Shown: positions 1 to 10,536 of the stretch, piece after piece
Layout: each line of letters begins with the position of its first letter
How positions within the stretch are numbered: position 1 is the stretch's first letter
Virus record (IMG/VR): IMGVR_UViG_3300042465_005589
Span: 254,165 to 318,164 of that record
Direction: 5' to 3' (one strand)
DNA: 64,000 nucleotides
Translations under genes and position numbers: made by a program
Notes under the pieces: generated by a model
The model's input: the letters and a program-made list of their open reading frames with translations, nothing else
Told to the model about the DNA's origin: nothing
Databases searched by the model: none

Positions 1-84
1 GTAATAAGTTCTAGTGAAGTTTATTAATTCAGTTCTAATTGATTGGAAGTCTCTCGTAGTATACGATATTTTTTTATTAGCCAT
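1..84 (-). CDS. Baseplate wedge protein (T4 gp6-like), N-terminal fragment running off the window edge
   Basis: Manual translation from ATG at 84: MANKKISYTTRDFQSIRTELINFTRTYY. The RDFQSIR-ELINF pattern resembles gp6-like wedge N-termini; follows the gp25-like gene. Confidence 0.6.
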   Translation of the reverse strand, partial: MANKKISYTTRDFQSIRTELINFTRTYY

Positions 85-89
85 ATTCT

Positions 90-548
90 TTAAATATTTA
101 GGATTACAAAATCACTAGCGTTAAACACGTCATTATTTATTTGATAATCTATTTTAACTTTCGCAGTATGTTCTTTAGTTCCAATACCCGGTACTCTAAA
201 AACACGAGTATCGTATTGGTCAACATAAGTACCTTTATCTTCTTCACCATCAGACGCTGCGGTGATACTTATATTTTTTATTGTTATTCCCGGTATATAT
301 TCTTCAACAGCATCTCTAATTTCCGCATCAATATCTGAAAAGGTTGGACCATCTAATGGTTCAAAAATAAATTCATATAGTCTTGTTCCAAAATCGGGTA
401 AAAAATATCTACTTCCTTTTCTAGTTAATAATAAATGTATTAAATCCGTTCTTGTTTCTTGAGTACTGTCTGTAGAAAGGTCTAAATACTTCCCATCATA
501 AGAATCCCTAAAAGGGAAATTAATACCATATGTTTTTCCATCTGCCAT
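90..548 (-). CDS. Baseplate wedge subunit, gp25-like
   Basis: LIHLLLTRKGSRYFLPDFGTRLYEFIFEP is a typical gp25 motif. Start moved from 605 to MADGK at 548 because the TATTTATA motif lies at 552-559. Confidence 0.85.
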   Translation of the reverse strand: MADGKTYGINFPFRDSYDGKYLDLSTDSTQETRTDLIHLLLTRKGSRYFLPDFGTRLYEFIFEPLDGPTFSDIDAEIRDAVEEYIPGITIKNISITAASDGEEDKGTYVDQYDTRVFRVPGIGTKEHTAKVKIDYQINNDVFNASDFVILNI

Positions 549-600
549 ATCTATAAATATAGTGTCATAATTATTTCTTATAAATAGAGTAAAATAAAAA

Positions 601-620
601 ATCACGACCGAAGTCGTGAT
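601..620 (-). terminator. Intrinsic terminator after nrdA
   Basis: Minus strand ATCACGAC-TTCG-GTCGTGAT followed by a T-run; 8-bp stem with cUUCGg tetraloop. Confidence 0.85.
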
Positions 621-645
621 TAATGTTATAATTATTTTATTTTAA

Positions 646-3060
646 TTAAGAACCACATCCAAAACACTCAAATTCAGTATCTGTTGGTTTTGTAGTCAAA
701 TCAACTGTTGGTTTCTCAACTGTCTTTGGTTGTTGAATTTTTGTAATGTCAACCGCCAAGTGTTTTGCTCCGGTAGATATCGCTTTTGTTCTAACATAAT
801 AACAAAGAGTTTTCAATCCTTTACCCCAAGAATGGAAGTGAGATGATGAAATCTTTGATAATGTTGGTTCAGACATATAGATATTCATCGATTGTGATTG
901 GTCTATGAATGGTGCTCTGTCTGCCGCCATATCAATAAGTTCTCTTTGTGATATTTCCCAAATCGTTCTATATTTTGGAATCAAATGTTCAATTCGTTTT
1001 ACCTTCTTATTGTAATTCTTATCTTCCGGGTCCAAATAGTGATTAAAGTTAATATTTTGAACAGACCCTTCATTCATAATGATTTCATTCTTCAAATCCT
1101 CACACCAAACACCTAACTTTTCAAAATCGTTAATTAAGTATTTGTTAACTATTAAGATTTCACCCCCAACTACACGACGATTAAATAATGCTGAGTGAGC
1201 TGGTTCTGTCATTTCAAATGAACCTGTAATCTTAGCAGAAGATGCTACTGGCATCTGAGCTGTGAATAACGAGTTACAAACCCCGTGATTGGATACTTCT
1301 AACTTAAGTGAGTCCCAATCCCACATTCTTCCTAATCCTTCGTAATCTAACCCCCACATATCAAATTGGAATATACCTTTTGACATTGGTGACCCATTAA
1401 AGAAGTCGTATGGTTTGTATTCACCTGTTTTACATAGGTTCATACTTTCGGTGATTGCTGCGAAGTAGATTGTTTCAAAAATCTCTTTATTAAGTTTCTT
1501 CGCTTCTTCAGTTGTAAAGATATAATCCATTAAGAAGAATACATCAGCAAGACCTTGTGTTCCAATGGCAATCGCTCTTTGTTCCAACCCACCTTTTCTT
1601 CCTTGTTCAGTTGAATAACTATTGATGTCAACAACTTTGTTAAGTGCTCTAACAACCTTTCTAACTTCACTATAAAGTAATTTGAAATCAAACTCTCCTT
1701 TTATGATGAAGTTCTTCAATACCATAGATGATAACGTACAGATTGCTGTGGTATTCTCATCGGTGAATTGGTAAATCTCATTACATAGGTTAGATTGTTT
1801 AATCACTCCAATGTTTTGATGGTTTGTCTTTCTGTTGGCACTATCTTTAGAACATAAGTAAGGAACTCCGGTTTCAACCTGAGATTCAATAATCTTATTC
1901 CAAATTGTTTGTGCTTTCACTTTCTTACCTAAACCAAGTTCAACCGCTTTGTTGTAATTTGATTCATACTCATCACCGTAAGCTTCTTGTAATGGTTTGA
2001 TACCCGCTTTGATAATGTCGTTAGGACAGAACAAATACCAATCATCATTGTTCTTAACTGCGTTCATAAAGTTGTCCGGTAACCAAATTGAGGTAAATAA
2101 ATCTTTAGCTCTCAATTCTTCTGCCCCCGTATTCTTTTTGATTTCAAGTAAATCAATAATGTCTTTATGCCAAGGTTCAATATAGATAGCTGCACTTCCC
2201 GGTCTTCTACCTTGTTGATTAAAGAATCTTAACCCTTCATTAACAATCTTTAGGTATTTCAATAAACCACCCGCAAATCCTCCTGATGAGTTAATACGAC
2301 TCTCTTTACTACGAATGTTAGACATACATAAACCAATTCCAGCCGCATCTGACGAATAGGTTGAAATGTCATTAAATGTATCCAACAAACCTTGTCTTGA
2401 ATCTCCGTTATTGTACTTCAATACACAAGACGCTAGTTGAGGTGTTTTGGTACCTGCATTAATCATAATTGGTGTTGCCGGAGAGATAAGTTGATTCGAT
2501 AACGAATTATAGTATTCAACCGCCTCTTCAAATGATTTAGTCACCCATAAAGCAACTCTCATATACATATGTTGTGGTCTTTCAACTACAACACCTTTAG
2601 GTGTTTTCAACAAATACATTTCCTGTAATGATTTCCACGCAAAATAATCAAAATTGTAATCATTCTCGTGATTTATTACAGAATCAATATCACCCCAACC
2701 ATATTCGTTAATTGTATCGATTAAGATATCGTTAATAACTCCATCCTCGTGTAAACGTTTCATAGTATTACAGAAACTTTCATCAGTCTCTTTGTGATAC
2801 GCAGATATTGCCACAGATGACGCTAGTCTTGAGTAATCGTGATGACTACCGGTATAAGCCGCAGCAATCTCGTAAACCAATTTATCTAACTCTTTAGTGG
2901 TAATAACACCTTCAGTTGGAACCGAAGTGATTACTTTAATGAATACCTCATCAGCATTTACGTTCAACCCTTTGGCTGCTCTCTTTACTCTGTTGTATAT
3001 TTTTTGGGGGTTAAAGGAAACCTCATCTCCCCCTCTTTTTCTTATTTTTAGTGACATCAT
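646..3060 (-). CDS. nrdA: Ribonucleotide reductase class Ia alpha subunit with ATP cone
   Basis: N-terminal ATP cone, SPATP, LASC, SNLCNE (catalytic Asn/Cys/Glu), YYVR, C-terminal CFGC. Confidence 0.97.
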   Translation of the reverse strand: MMSLKIRKRGGDEVSFNPQKIYNRVKRAAKGLNVNADEVFIKVITSVPTEGVITTKELDKLVYEIAAAYTGSHHDYSRLASSVAISAYHKETDESFCNTMKRLHEDGVINDILIDTINEYGWGDIDSVINHENDYNFDYFAWKSLQEMYLLKTPKGVVVERPQHMYMRVALWVTKSFEEAVEYYNSLSNQLISPATPIMINAGTKTPQLASCVLKYNNGDSRQGLLDTFNDISTYSSDAAGIGLCMSNIRSKESRINSSGGFAGGLLKYLKIVNEGLRFFNQQGRRPGSAAIYIEPWHKDIIDLLEIKKNTGAEELRAKDLFTSIWLPDNFMNAVKNNDDWYLFCPNDIIKAGIKPLQEAYGDEYESNYNKAVELGLGKKVKAQTIWNKIIESQVETGVPYLCSKDSANRKTNHQNIGVIKQSNLCNEIYQFTDENTTAICTLSSMVLKNFIIKGEFDFKLLYSEVRKVVRALNKVVDINSYSTEQGRKGGLEQRAIAIGTQGLADVFFLMDYIFTTEEAKKLNKEIFETIYFAAITESMNLCKTGEYKPYDFFNGSPMSKGIFQFDMWGLDYEGLGRMWDWDSLKLEVSNHGVCNSLFTAQMPVASSAKITGSFEMTEPAHSALFNRRVVGGEILIVNKYLINDFEKLGVWCEDLKNEIIMNEGSVQNINFNHYLDPEDKNYNKKVKRIEHLIPKYRTIWEISQRELIDMAADRAPFIDQSQSMNIYMSEPTLSKISSSHFHSWGKGLKTLCYYVRTKAISTGAKHLAVDITKIQQPKTVEKPTVDLTTKPTDTEFECFGCGS

Positions 3061-3061
3061 A

Positions 3062-4012
3062 TTAAAAATCCTCTGTGAATGTTAATGACTCTCCTAACTT
3101 AGCTTTTTGGTACTCCATAGTTCTTGATTCAAAAAAGTTACCTTTTGTTTCAACAGCAATTTGTTCCATAAATTTGAATGGTTGTTCAACATTAAAATGT
3201 TTCTTACATCCAAACTTAACTAGTAGTCCGTCAGTTACGAATTCAAGATATTGTTTCATCAAGTTTGAATTCATACCAATTAAAGATACAGGTAATGATT
3301 CAGTAATAAACTCTTTTTCAATCTCTAACGCTGATAATAAGATTTCTTTAATTCTTTTCTCCGTTGGTTTGTTTTCAACGTGATTGTTAATCAAATGAAT
3401 TGCAAAATCACAGTGTAAATTCTCATCTTTGAAAATAAGACTATTAGCGTTACATAATCCCTGCATAATTCCTCTTGATTTCATCCAAAAAATAGAACAG
3501 AACGACCCTGAGAAGAAAATTCCTTCAACCGCCGCGAACGCAACTAATCTTTCTTGGAAAGAAGCGTTCTCAATCCAATCAAGAGCCCATTTAGCTTTCT
3601 TTTGAACCGCTGGTAATCTATCAATTGCGTGGAAACATTCGTCTTTCTCTGTCTCATCAGATACATAAGTATCAATCAATAATGAGTACATTAACGAGTG
3701 AATGTTCTCCATCATAATTTGGAATCCGTAGAAGAATTTTGCTTCAGCATACTGAACTTCTTTTAAGAAATTCTCCGCCAAGTTTTCATTTACAATACCA
3801 TCAGACGCTGCGAAAAACGCTAATACATTTTTAAGGAAAAATCTTTCGTTATCAGATAGGTTTTCCCAATCTCTAATATCGTTAGATAAATCCACTTCTT
3901 CAGCTGTCCAAAACGCTGCTTGGTGTTGTTTGTAATATTCCCAAATGTCGTTATGTTCTATTGGGAAGATAACGAATCTGTCATTGTTTGGTTCTAATAT
4001 TTTTTCTTTCAT
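3062..4012 (-). CDS. nrdB: Ribonucleotide reductase class Ia beta subunit
   Basis: [48 protein letters not shown] di-iron motifs. Confidence 0.97.
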   Translation of the reverse strand: MKEKILEPNNDRFVIFPIEHNDIWEYYKQHQAAFWTAEEVDLSNDIRDWENLSDNERFFLKNVLAFFAASDGIVNENLAENFLKEVQYAEAKFFYGFQIMMENIHSLMYSLLIDTYVSDETEKDECFHAIDRLPAVQKKAKWALDWIENASFQERLVAFAAVEGIFFSGSFCSIFWMKSRGIMQGLCNANSLIFKDENLHCDFAIHLINNHVENKPTEKRIKEILLSALEIEKEFITESLPVSLIGMNSNLMKQYLEFVTDGLLVKFGCKKHFNVEQPFKFMEQIAVETKGNFFESRTMEYQKAKLGESLTFTEDF

Positions 4013-4013
4013 A

Positions 4014-5399
4014 TTAATTATTTTGTTGTTGGTTTTTTTCTTTTCTCTTGTCTAACAAGTCCTTGATTCTCTGTCTATTTCTTTCTTCGGTTTGTTCTTC
4101 TAAACCTAAGAATGTTACCGAACTTTCAGTATCAATCTCCAACATACCATTATCAAATTTACAATTCTCAAATACAACACCATCATCACCAATACGGGAT
4201 TTAGTTATTGCTATCGTCGCCAATTTCATTTCTTTTTGTTGTAGAGATTTAGCCACGGAAATAATTACGTGTCCAACCTGAGCTTTCTTGATAGAACCAC
4301 CCATTTGGTCGGTTGTTACAACATCTGACGATATTGAACTTCTATTACCCTGAGTTGCTGTCCATCCTACCAAATCAAGTTCGTGACACATAGATTCAAA
4401 ACCTCTCATCACAGACCCTTCAGATTTCCATTCATCCCCCAAGTTTTTATCCGGAACCACACAATCAATGTAGTCTAACAATACCATATCAATTTTGATT
4501 CCTTCTGAAATCATTTTTCTGATTTGATTCTTAATCTGCATCATTGTTATTGTATCAGAGGGTAATTTTTTAAGTATCAATTCATTAGGCATTTTCTCCT
4601 TAATTTCTTGAACTTTAATCATAACCTCTTCTTTTTTTATCGACAATTCATCCGGATGAATCTTTGTCCATAATGTAATGTGTTTACGTTGGATAATCTT
4701 TGGGTTATCCTCAAAGAATATTTGTAAAACGTTATACCCCAAATTAAATGCGTGATTTGCAATTTTTGTAAGTAAGGTAGATTTACCTACCCCTGTTGGT
4801 GCTAAAATAACACCGATTTCACCCTTAGCCAACCCCCCTTTTAAGAGTCTATCTATACCCGGAATACCCATCGGTATCGGATGACGATAATCTTCGTTTA
4901 GAACATCATCTAAGTTACTAAAAACACTTTCCGTTCCCTTATCGTGTTCCCCAACTTGTAATGCCTTACTAACCATTTCCTCTAATGTGTCATAACTCTC
5001 AAATTCACCGGTGTCGATGATTTTTTGAGCTTTAACCATTACTTTCTGTAACTCCTGTTGCTTACAGAACTTCATCGATTTTTCTTGTACAAATTCAGCA
5101 CCTTCAAGCGTGGACTCCTTAACTTTTGTAAGGGTATCAATAATGATTTTAGCCGCTAGAGGTTGTTGTATCTCAGATTTTGTAATTTGTTCTAATGTGT
5201 CAAAGGTTGGTGTGTGTTCGTATTTTGTGTAATATTCTTTAATCATTTGAATGATTAATTTGAAGTATTTATTCTCAAAATAACTTGTTTCAATCACATC
5301 TATAATAGACCTTGAGAAGTCTTTGTCGATAATGATTTGGTTTAATAATTGTATCTGAAAGGTACTCCCCAGATACTCGAAATTTTTGTTTGACGCCAT
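4014..5399 (-). CDS. dnaB: Replicative DnaB/gp41-like helicase
   Basis: Walker [26 protein letters not shown]. Confidence 0.9.
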   Translation of the reverse strand: MASNKNFEYLGSTFQIQLLNQIIIDKDFSRSIIDVIETSYFENKYFKLIIQMIKEYYTKYEHTPTFDTLEQITKSEIQQPLAAKIIIDTLTKVKESTLEGAEFVQEKSMKFCKQQELQKVMVKAQKIIDTGEFESYDTLEEMVSKALQVGEHDKGTESVFSNLDDVLNEDYRHPIPMGIPGIDRLLKGGLAKGEIGVILAPTGVGKSTLLTKIANHAFNLGYNVLQIFFEDNPKIIQRKHITLWTKIHPDELSIKKEEVMIKVQEIKEKMPNELILKKLPSDTITMMQIKNQIRKMISEGIKIDMVLLDYIDCVVPDKNLGDEWKSEGSVMRGFESMCHELDLVGWTATQGNRSSISSDVVTTDQMGGSIKKAQVGHVIISVAKSLQQKEMKLATIAITKSRIGDDGVVFENCKFDNGMLEIDTESSVTFLGLEEQTEERNRQRIKDLLDKRKEKNQQQNN

Positions 5400-5427
5400 A
5401 TTTTTTCTTTTAGTGTATTAATAAATA

Positions 5428-5880
5428 CTATACACTTAGGTTAACTTCTAAATATTTTTTGGTTAAATCTTTTGATGAAAAAATGTCAGTTAAGTTCATC
5501 AACAAGTTTTTTAGGTGTGGGCGTACATCCACAGTATATCTTATCTTTGGAGGGTATACTTTAGCATCCACCTGTCTATGACAAATTGTCACATCATTTT
5601 GTTTGATGAAGATGTTAAAGTACTCCGGACCGTCAGTATAAGACGTTTCCAAAATAGCAGGATTGTTCACAATTTCGTACATATTGTCTGTCATATATGT
5701 TACGGTTTTCAATGATAATTGTGTTTGAATATCGTCTTTAAATTCACGAAGTAATTCATAAAGTTCTAACGAATATTTCGCCTCATTGTTGAACTCTCTC
5801 ACGTTAAAAAATCTTTGTACAATGATGTTATCATTTACCATCATTAAGAATTCTAATTTTACCGATTCTTGGTCTTTCAT
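5428..5880 (-). CDS. Hypothetical phage protein
   Basis: 150-aa ORF filling the gap between exonuclease and helicase, same strand; no recognised motif. Confidence 0.7.
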   Translation of the reverse strand: MKDQESVKLEFLMMVNDNIIVQRFFNVREFNNEAKYSLELYELLREFKDDIQTQLSLKTVTYMTDNMYEIVNNPAILETSYTDGPEYFNIFIKQNDVTICHRQVDAKVYPPKIRYTVDVRPHLKNLLMNLTDIFSSKDLTKKYLEVNLSV

Positions 5881-5888
5881 AGTTTTAA

Positions 5889-6890
5889 TTAATTGTTTTT
5901 ATAATTTCTTTTTTCTTTTCTTGTTAGTTTCATAAAGGGTCTAACAAAGTTTACCCACGCATCATCTCCCTTTGGTAGATACTTAAAAAAACCGTCTTCC
6001 ATCATCATTTTAATAAGACCCCTATGACCCCTTCCATCAGGGTCTAAGGTTTCTTTATAATACAATTCAACAAGTTCCTTAGCATCATCACTAATTAGAG
6101 GGTTTGATAAATTTATGATTTTTTCGTTAATCACAAAATATTCATCACCATAAACACCACTTTTAGTTTTACCAGATAACAAATTTTGTAAGGTCTTGTT
6201 ATCCTTGTTCTCTTTCAGAAGGATTTCCGCCTTTTCTAAAATATCGGTAAATGAAACCGGTTTTTCAAGTAGCTCAGGAAAAAACTTTATAAGTGTCTTT
6301 TCACCCAACCCATATATCCCATCAATATTGTCCGATTTATCTCCTGACAATATCTTATAAGTTTTAATGTTTTCGTGTGGAAATTCGTAAAATTCACATT
6401 TGATTTTACTACCTAAATGATAAGTTTCTTTAGTTCTTGGATAAAATACCGATACCTTGTCTGATATTAGTTGGGTTAGGTCTTTATCCCCCGAATAGAT
6501 GGTTTTTTGTTCGTTCTCCGAGATTTGGCAATAATAAGCAATCAAATCGTCGCCTTCGTTATTATCTACGTTGATTTGTCTTATATAACATTCCTCCAAG
6601 TATTGTTTGATTCTCTCTTTCTGTTCTTCAAAAGATTCATCTTTGAAATCTTCGGTTATACGTCGTTTTTCTTTATATTGGGGGTAAATAAGTTTTCGGG
6701 CGGATGAATTATTATCTCCATCCCACATAACAACAACCTTATCAAAATTTTGTTCGTCTATAAAACGTCTAATTGTATTGATAAAATGCCATAATCCTCC
6801 TATGTGTTTTCCGTTGTGGTAAAAGTCTTTAACCCCACAAAATCCAATCTTAAGTAGATTGTTTCCATCCACTAATAGTGTTTTAGTCAC
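5889..6890 (-). CDS. 5'-3' exonuclease / flap endonuclease (T4 RNase H / PolI 5' nuclease family)
   Basis: LLVDGNN, WDG, EGDDLIA, SGDKDLTQL, GDKSDNIDGIYGLGEKT (H3TH). Confidence 0.9.
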   Translation of the reverse strand: MTKTLLVDGNNLLKIGFCGVKDFYHNGKHIGGLWHFINTIRRFIDEQNFDKVVVMWDGDNNSSARKLIYPQYKEKRRITEDFKDESFEEQKERIKQYLEECYIRQINVDNNEGDDLIAYYCQISENEQKTIYSGDKDLTQLISDKVSVFYPRTKETYHLGSKIKCEFYEFPHENIKTYKILSGDKSDNIDGIYGLGEKTLIKFFPELLEKPVSFTDILEKAEILLKENKDNKTLQNLLSGKTKSGVYGDEYFVINEKIINLSNPLISDDAKELVELYYKETLDPDGRGHRGLIKMMMEDGFFKYLPKGDDAWVNFVRPFMKLTRKEKRNYKNN

Positions 6891-6911
6891 TTGGTTTGTT
6901 TGTATTCGTTA

Positions 6912-7640
6912 CTATAAAATTTTGTTACTCTTTTTCAAATTATCTTCCGCCCATAGTGGTTGGAGATTTTCATAATGACACAACTTATAAAGTTCGTCTT
7001 CTGTTTTTGCCGATGATAGTGGAATGATGTGGTCAATATGCCACTCACTCCGGTTGTCCCAACTCATACCATCAGTAAATTGGGTTTCTAAATGTTCTTT
7101 TAGAAATTGGGGGGAACAACCTACAATATCAAAAGTTTTGTTTTTTTTGGTGATGTTTCGGGTTTTAAGAAACGATAAAAGTCTAGACCTCATCACACAT
7201 TTTAATCGAAAAATAACATCATTCTTTAATCTTAAAGAATGATAAAGATTTCTTTTTACTTTAACTTTCTCCTTATTTTTTTCTGACCATTCTTTTTTAT
7301 AAGTTAAAATATTTTCTTTATTCTTCTCATAATATATTTTATACCTGTTTGGGTCTTTTTGGTATCTTTTTTTTGACCTATCATTATCTTTTATCCTAAT
7401 AACATCAATATTTTCTTCTCGGTAATTTTTAACTTTTAATAATATTTTTTCCCGGTTATCAACATATTCTTTTCTTTTTTGGTCTTTTATTTTTTCATCG
7501 TTATTATCCCTATATTTTTTCCAAACTAAATAAGAACATTGTTTACATTCAGTTCTAAACCCATCTTTAGAATCTTTTCTTTTTCTAAAATTAGACAATT
7601 CTTTTTTAAGATTACACTTACTACAAACTTTAGTTTCCAT
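6912..7640 (-). CDS. Free-standing HNH homing endonuclease
   Basis: N-terminal CSKC...CKQC zinc finger, basic helical linker, C-terminal WHIDHIIP...NLQPLWAEDNLKK. Confidence 0.85.
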   Translation of the reverse strand: METKVCSKCNLKKELSNFRKRKDSKDGFRTECKQCSYLVWKKYRDNNDEKIKDQKRKEYVDNREKILLKVKNYREENIDVIRIKDNDRSKKRYQKDPNRYKIYYEKNKENILTYKKEWSEKNKEKVKVKRNLYHSLRLKNDVIFRLKCVMRSRLLSFLKTRNITKKNKTFDIVGCSPQFLKEHLETQFTDGMSWDNRSEWHIDHIIPLSSAKTEDELYKLCHYENLQPLWAEDNLKKSNKIL

Positions 7641-7782
7641 TTTTAATATATTCTTTTAATAATTTATTAACAAGGGAAGATAAATTTATAGATTTATCCT
7701 TAAAGTATTGTGGTAATTCGGGGTCAACCGAAACACCAATTTTAACTTTTTTTTCAATTTCTTCTTTTTTCTTTCTTCCCAT
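7630..7782 (-). CDS. Unannotated 50-aa ribbon-helix-helix-like protein
   Basis: Manual translation MGRKKKEEIEKKVKIGVSVDPELPQYFKDKSINLSSLVNKLLKEYIKNGN; overlaps the HNH start by 11 nt; promoter motif at 7787-7794. Confidence 0.65.
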   Translation of the reverse strand: MGRKKKEEIEKKVKIGVSVDPELPQYFKDKSINLSSLVNKLLKEYIKNGN

Positions 7783-7833
7783 ACTAATAAATATCTACAA
7801 ATTATAAAAAAGTAGAATTATTACAACTTTTTT

Positions 7834-8823
7834 TTATTCGTCAGAATCATCTTCACCTATCTCATCTAACACCAATTCACCTGTACCACTAAGGATTGCT
7901 CCCCAATAACTAGAATATTGTTTTTTATATTTCTCCAAAGCCTCTTTTGTGTCCGCAATATATCCTTGAGGTACAGCAATAATTTTACCATCTTTATAAG
8001 CAATACCATTTACGTGATTTTTTAATATAGACACTTTTGTTCTGACCGCGTAAGATATGGTTCTCCCATTTTTAGTTGCGGTAATATGACTAACACCAGC
8101 ATTTTTTTGATTACCAAATAAAAACACCAAAGAAGCCGCAAGATATAACGCATTTCCCCCTTTAGGTTTTATAGTCGCTTGGCCGAAAGGTGAGTCAGGT
8201 AATTCAACCCAAGGTTGTACAATAACAGTTAAAGTGTTATAGTAAGGATAGTCCTCTTTTTTAGATTTTGAAATTCTAGAATGAATACCCATACCTATTT
8301 TATCCGCAAGAACTTTAGCATTGTGCATTCCTCCACCTTTTCCGTCAAATGTCATTTGACAGGGGATGCTACCAATACTATCAAAGAAAAAAGGAACACT
8401 ATAAGGTAACTCCCCTTTTTCTTGAGCATCAAGTATATCATTTATAAAATCAGTTGACTGTTCAATTGTTTCAAAACTATCATTAAAGATAAATTGACCA
8501 TCCCACTCACCATTTTCATTTTGTTCAGCCTGTAAACCCAATTCAACGGCATGTTCCCAACTCCATTTCTTTTCTGTTATTATAAACACAGGTAGATGAC
8601 CCTTTTTTTGAGCATCAACTGCCGCTAATATCATTGCCGTTGTTTTTGAAGAATTGGAATGACCCAAGAACATATTAATACCCCCCATTACAGGTCCGGG
8701 TAAACCACAAGCATCCATAAAAGCTTCACCGCAGTTATAGAAACTTTCAGGTTTGTATTTTGTTTTTGTAGAGAATTTACCCTTTATATCCTCTAACGAG
8801 AATGTTTTCTTTTTAATCGCCAT
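7834..8823 (-). CDS. recA: RecA/UvsX-like recombinase
   Basis: Variant Walker A GHSNSSKT, FFDSIGS, VIVQPW, KGGNALYLAAS, RecA-like C-terminal strands. Confidence 0.88.
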   Translation of the reverse strand: MAIKKKTFSLEDIKGKFSTKTKYKPESFYNCGEAFMDACGLPGPVMGGINMFLGHSNSSKTTAMILAAVDAQKKGHLPVFIITEKKWSWEHAVELGLQAEQNENGEWDGQFIFNDSFETIEQSTDFINDILDAQEKGELPYSVPFFFDSIGSIPCQMTFDGKGGGMHNAKVLADKIGMGIHSRISKSKKEDYPYYNTLTVIVQPWVELPDSPFGQATIKPKGGNALYLAASLVFLFGNQKNAGVSHITATKNGRTISYAVRTKVSILKNHVNGIAYKDGKIIAVPQGYIADTKEALEKYKKQYSSYWGAILSGTGELVLDEIGEDDSDE

Positions 8824-8855
8824 ATATCTATGTTAATTTAATTTTTTAGTTTTTG

Positions 8856-8904
8856 TAGACAAGTAGGACACTAAGTATGTCTTAGTGCCCTATATTTATG
8901 TCTA
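8856..8904. other. Extended imperfect inverted repeat between ssb and recA
   Basis: TAGGACACTAAG (8864-8875) / CTTAGTGCCCTA (8881-8892), plus outer TAGACA/TGTCTA arms. Confidence 0.7.
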
Positions 8905-8914
8905 AGTTATTTGA

Positions 8915-9769
8915 TTAGAACGGCATATCATCGTCCTCTTCAGCACCCGCTTGTGGGTCAATCGGAGCAGATGGTTTAGAACCACCAAACGATATTTCAC
9001 CTGAATCAGAGTTACCATAATCGTAACCTCCTTTATCAGTATTCCATTTTGGAGTTTCACCTCTTGCGATAGCTTCTAAGTACTCAACCGGTTTTTTAGA
9101 GTAAACATCTTCCCAAGTTAACTCATCGTTAATCCAAGAATCAGCCAATACTTTGTCTTCGTGAACCGGAGCCGCATCATCATACATTACTGTTTGAATT
9201 ACGGTGTAATAAGCCCCTTTTGGTGTTTTTGCCTTAGTTAATTCAAGAATAAGGTCTCTACCTGTTTCAGGGTCAGCAATATCTCCCTTGTTTCTGTAGA
9301 TTGGGATAATTTTGTCGAAAATGCCTTCATTCTTGTAGTTAGATTTAAATCTCCAAAATTTAACTCCGTCCGCTTCGTTATCTCTATCGATAACTTTTAC
9401 GATATAGAATTTACGAGCCAAGTAATTTGATGCCAATTTTTTATCTTCCTCTTTTCCTGTTGAACGAAGTTCCTCATAAACTTCAGTCAAAGGAGAACGT
9501 TCGTTGTCGTTTTTTCCTGGGTCATAAAATTTTTGGAATTTTCCGTCTACTTGAATCTCGTGATAATAAACCACTTTAAATGGTGAAGAACCATCGTTTG
9601 TTGGTAAGATTCGTAATCTTCGCTGACCTTGAGTTTCCTTATCCATAAGGATTGCCGCGAAGTATTTTTTCATTCTTTCTTCTTGTGTGAATTTTGAGGT
9701 AGAAGAAGTACTACCTTGTTTTGCTTGCTCATATTGAGCCAAAACTGCGTCTAATGAATTTGTCGCCAT
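8915..9769 (-). CDS. ssb: Single-stranded DNA-binding protein, gp32-like
   Basis: RLRILP, YYH, FYIVKVIDR, GRDLILE; acidic tail ending EEDDDMPF; adjacent to recA. Confidence 0.8.
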   Translation of the reverse strand: MATNSLDAVLAQYEQAKQGSTSSTSKFTQEERMKKYFAAILMDKETQGQRRLRILPTNDGSSPFKVVYYHEIQVDGKFQKFYDPGKNDNERSPLTEVYEELRSTGKEEDKKLASNYLARKFYIVKVIDRDNEADGVKFWRFKSNYKNEGIFDKIIPIYRNKGDIADPETGRDLILELTKAKTPKGAYYTVIQTVMYDDAAPVHEDKVLADSWINDELTWEDVYSKKPVEYLEAIARGETPKWNTDKGGYDYGNSDSGEISFGGSKPSAPIDPQAGAEEDDDMPF

Positions 9770-9798
9770 AGTGTTTAAAATATTTAAAGGTTTATAAA

Positions 9799-9827
9799 AG
9801 TATAAGTGTCAGCCGTGTGTTTGTCAA
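9799..9827 (-). promoter_or_regulatory. Sigma70-type promoter upstream of ssb
   Basis: Minus strand TTGACA-N17-TATACT, about 30 nt before the ssb ATG. Confidence 0.8.
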
Positions 9828-9842
9828 ATTGTTTTGTAAAAA

Positions 9843-9864
9843 AAAATGGTCCGGAGACCATTTT
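9843..9864 (-). terminator. Intrinsic terminator
   Basis: AAAATGGTC-N4-GACCATTTT with a minus-strand T-run, directly after the 9867 stop. Confidence 0.75.
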
Positions 9865-9866
9865 AA

Positions 9867-10532
9867 TTATCTTAGTTGCTTAAATGGTTTTGTTTCATCT
9901 TCAAAATTTCTGAAGGTTTTCTTGATTTCATTTGGAGAATATTCTTCAACTTCATCTTGAGTTAAAATATATTCATTTTTTCCCGATTTTTCCATATCTT
10001 CTTCCTTGTCATCAAAGAATTGACTTAGTTTTTGATTAAAAGGACCTGAATCCAATGTTCTTAACTCTAATCTTTCTTGTGGCGTTTTTTCTCGGTATTT
10101 TTCAACTTTAGCCTCTAAATCATTTAATTTAGTCATGATTCCATCCATTTCTCCTAATTTAGATTCTAAATCCGTTAAATGTTGGAATAAGTTAGTAAAA
10201 TATTCTTCCTGTTTTTCTTCCACTTTTTTCTGTGACTTTACTAAATCAGTGATGTCCATTTCTTCAGTTTTTGATTCAGATTTTTCATCTGCACCAATTT
10301 TTTCAACATCAGGGTCAGTCGCAACATCCACAGGTTGTGGACCTGCAGGAGCAGTTGGTGGAGCCATACCCGCATTTGGGTCTGCCGGTGGAGCCGTTTC
10401 AGGAGCCGGTGCAGCATTTGGGTCAACCTCACCAGGTGGTGGGGGTAACGTAGCGTCTTGTTCTACAATATAATTATTAATTGAATTATATCTGGCGATT
10501 TCCTCTAAAATCTGATTGTCTATTTTTTTCAT
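9867..10532 (-). CDS. Hypothetical protein, Pro/Ala-rich linker plus acidic coiled coil
   Basis: 221-aa ORF; PPPPGEVDPNAAPAP tract, heptad-like central helix. Confidence 0.7.
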   Translation of the reverse strand: MKKIDNQILEEIARYNSINNYIVEQDATLPPPPGEVDPNAAPAPETAPPADPNAGMAPPTAPAGPQPVDVATDPDVEKIGADEKSESKTEEMDITDLVKSQKKVEEKQEEYFTNLFQHLTDLESKLGEMDGIMTKLNDLEAKVEKYREKTPQERLELRTLDSGPFNQKLSQFFDDKEEDMEKSGKNEYILTQDEVEEYSPNEIKKTFRNFEDETKPFKQLR

Positions 10533-10536
10533 GTTA

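Noticed and set aside
10135-10473. Plus-strand 112-aa Gly/Ala-rich ORF
   Set aside because: Antisense shadow of the Pro/Ala-rich minus-strand gene; other short antisense ORFs in the track were dismissed likewise.
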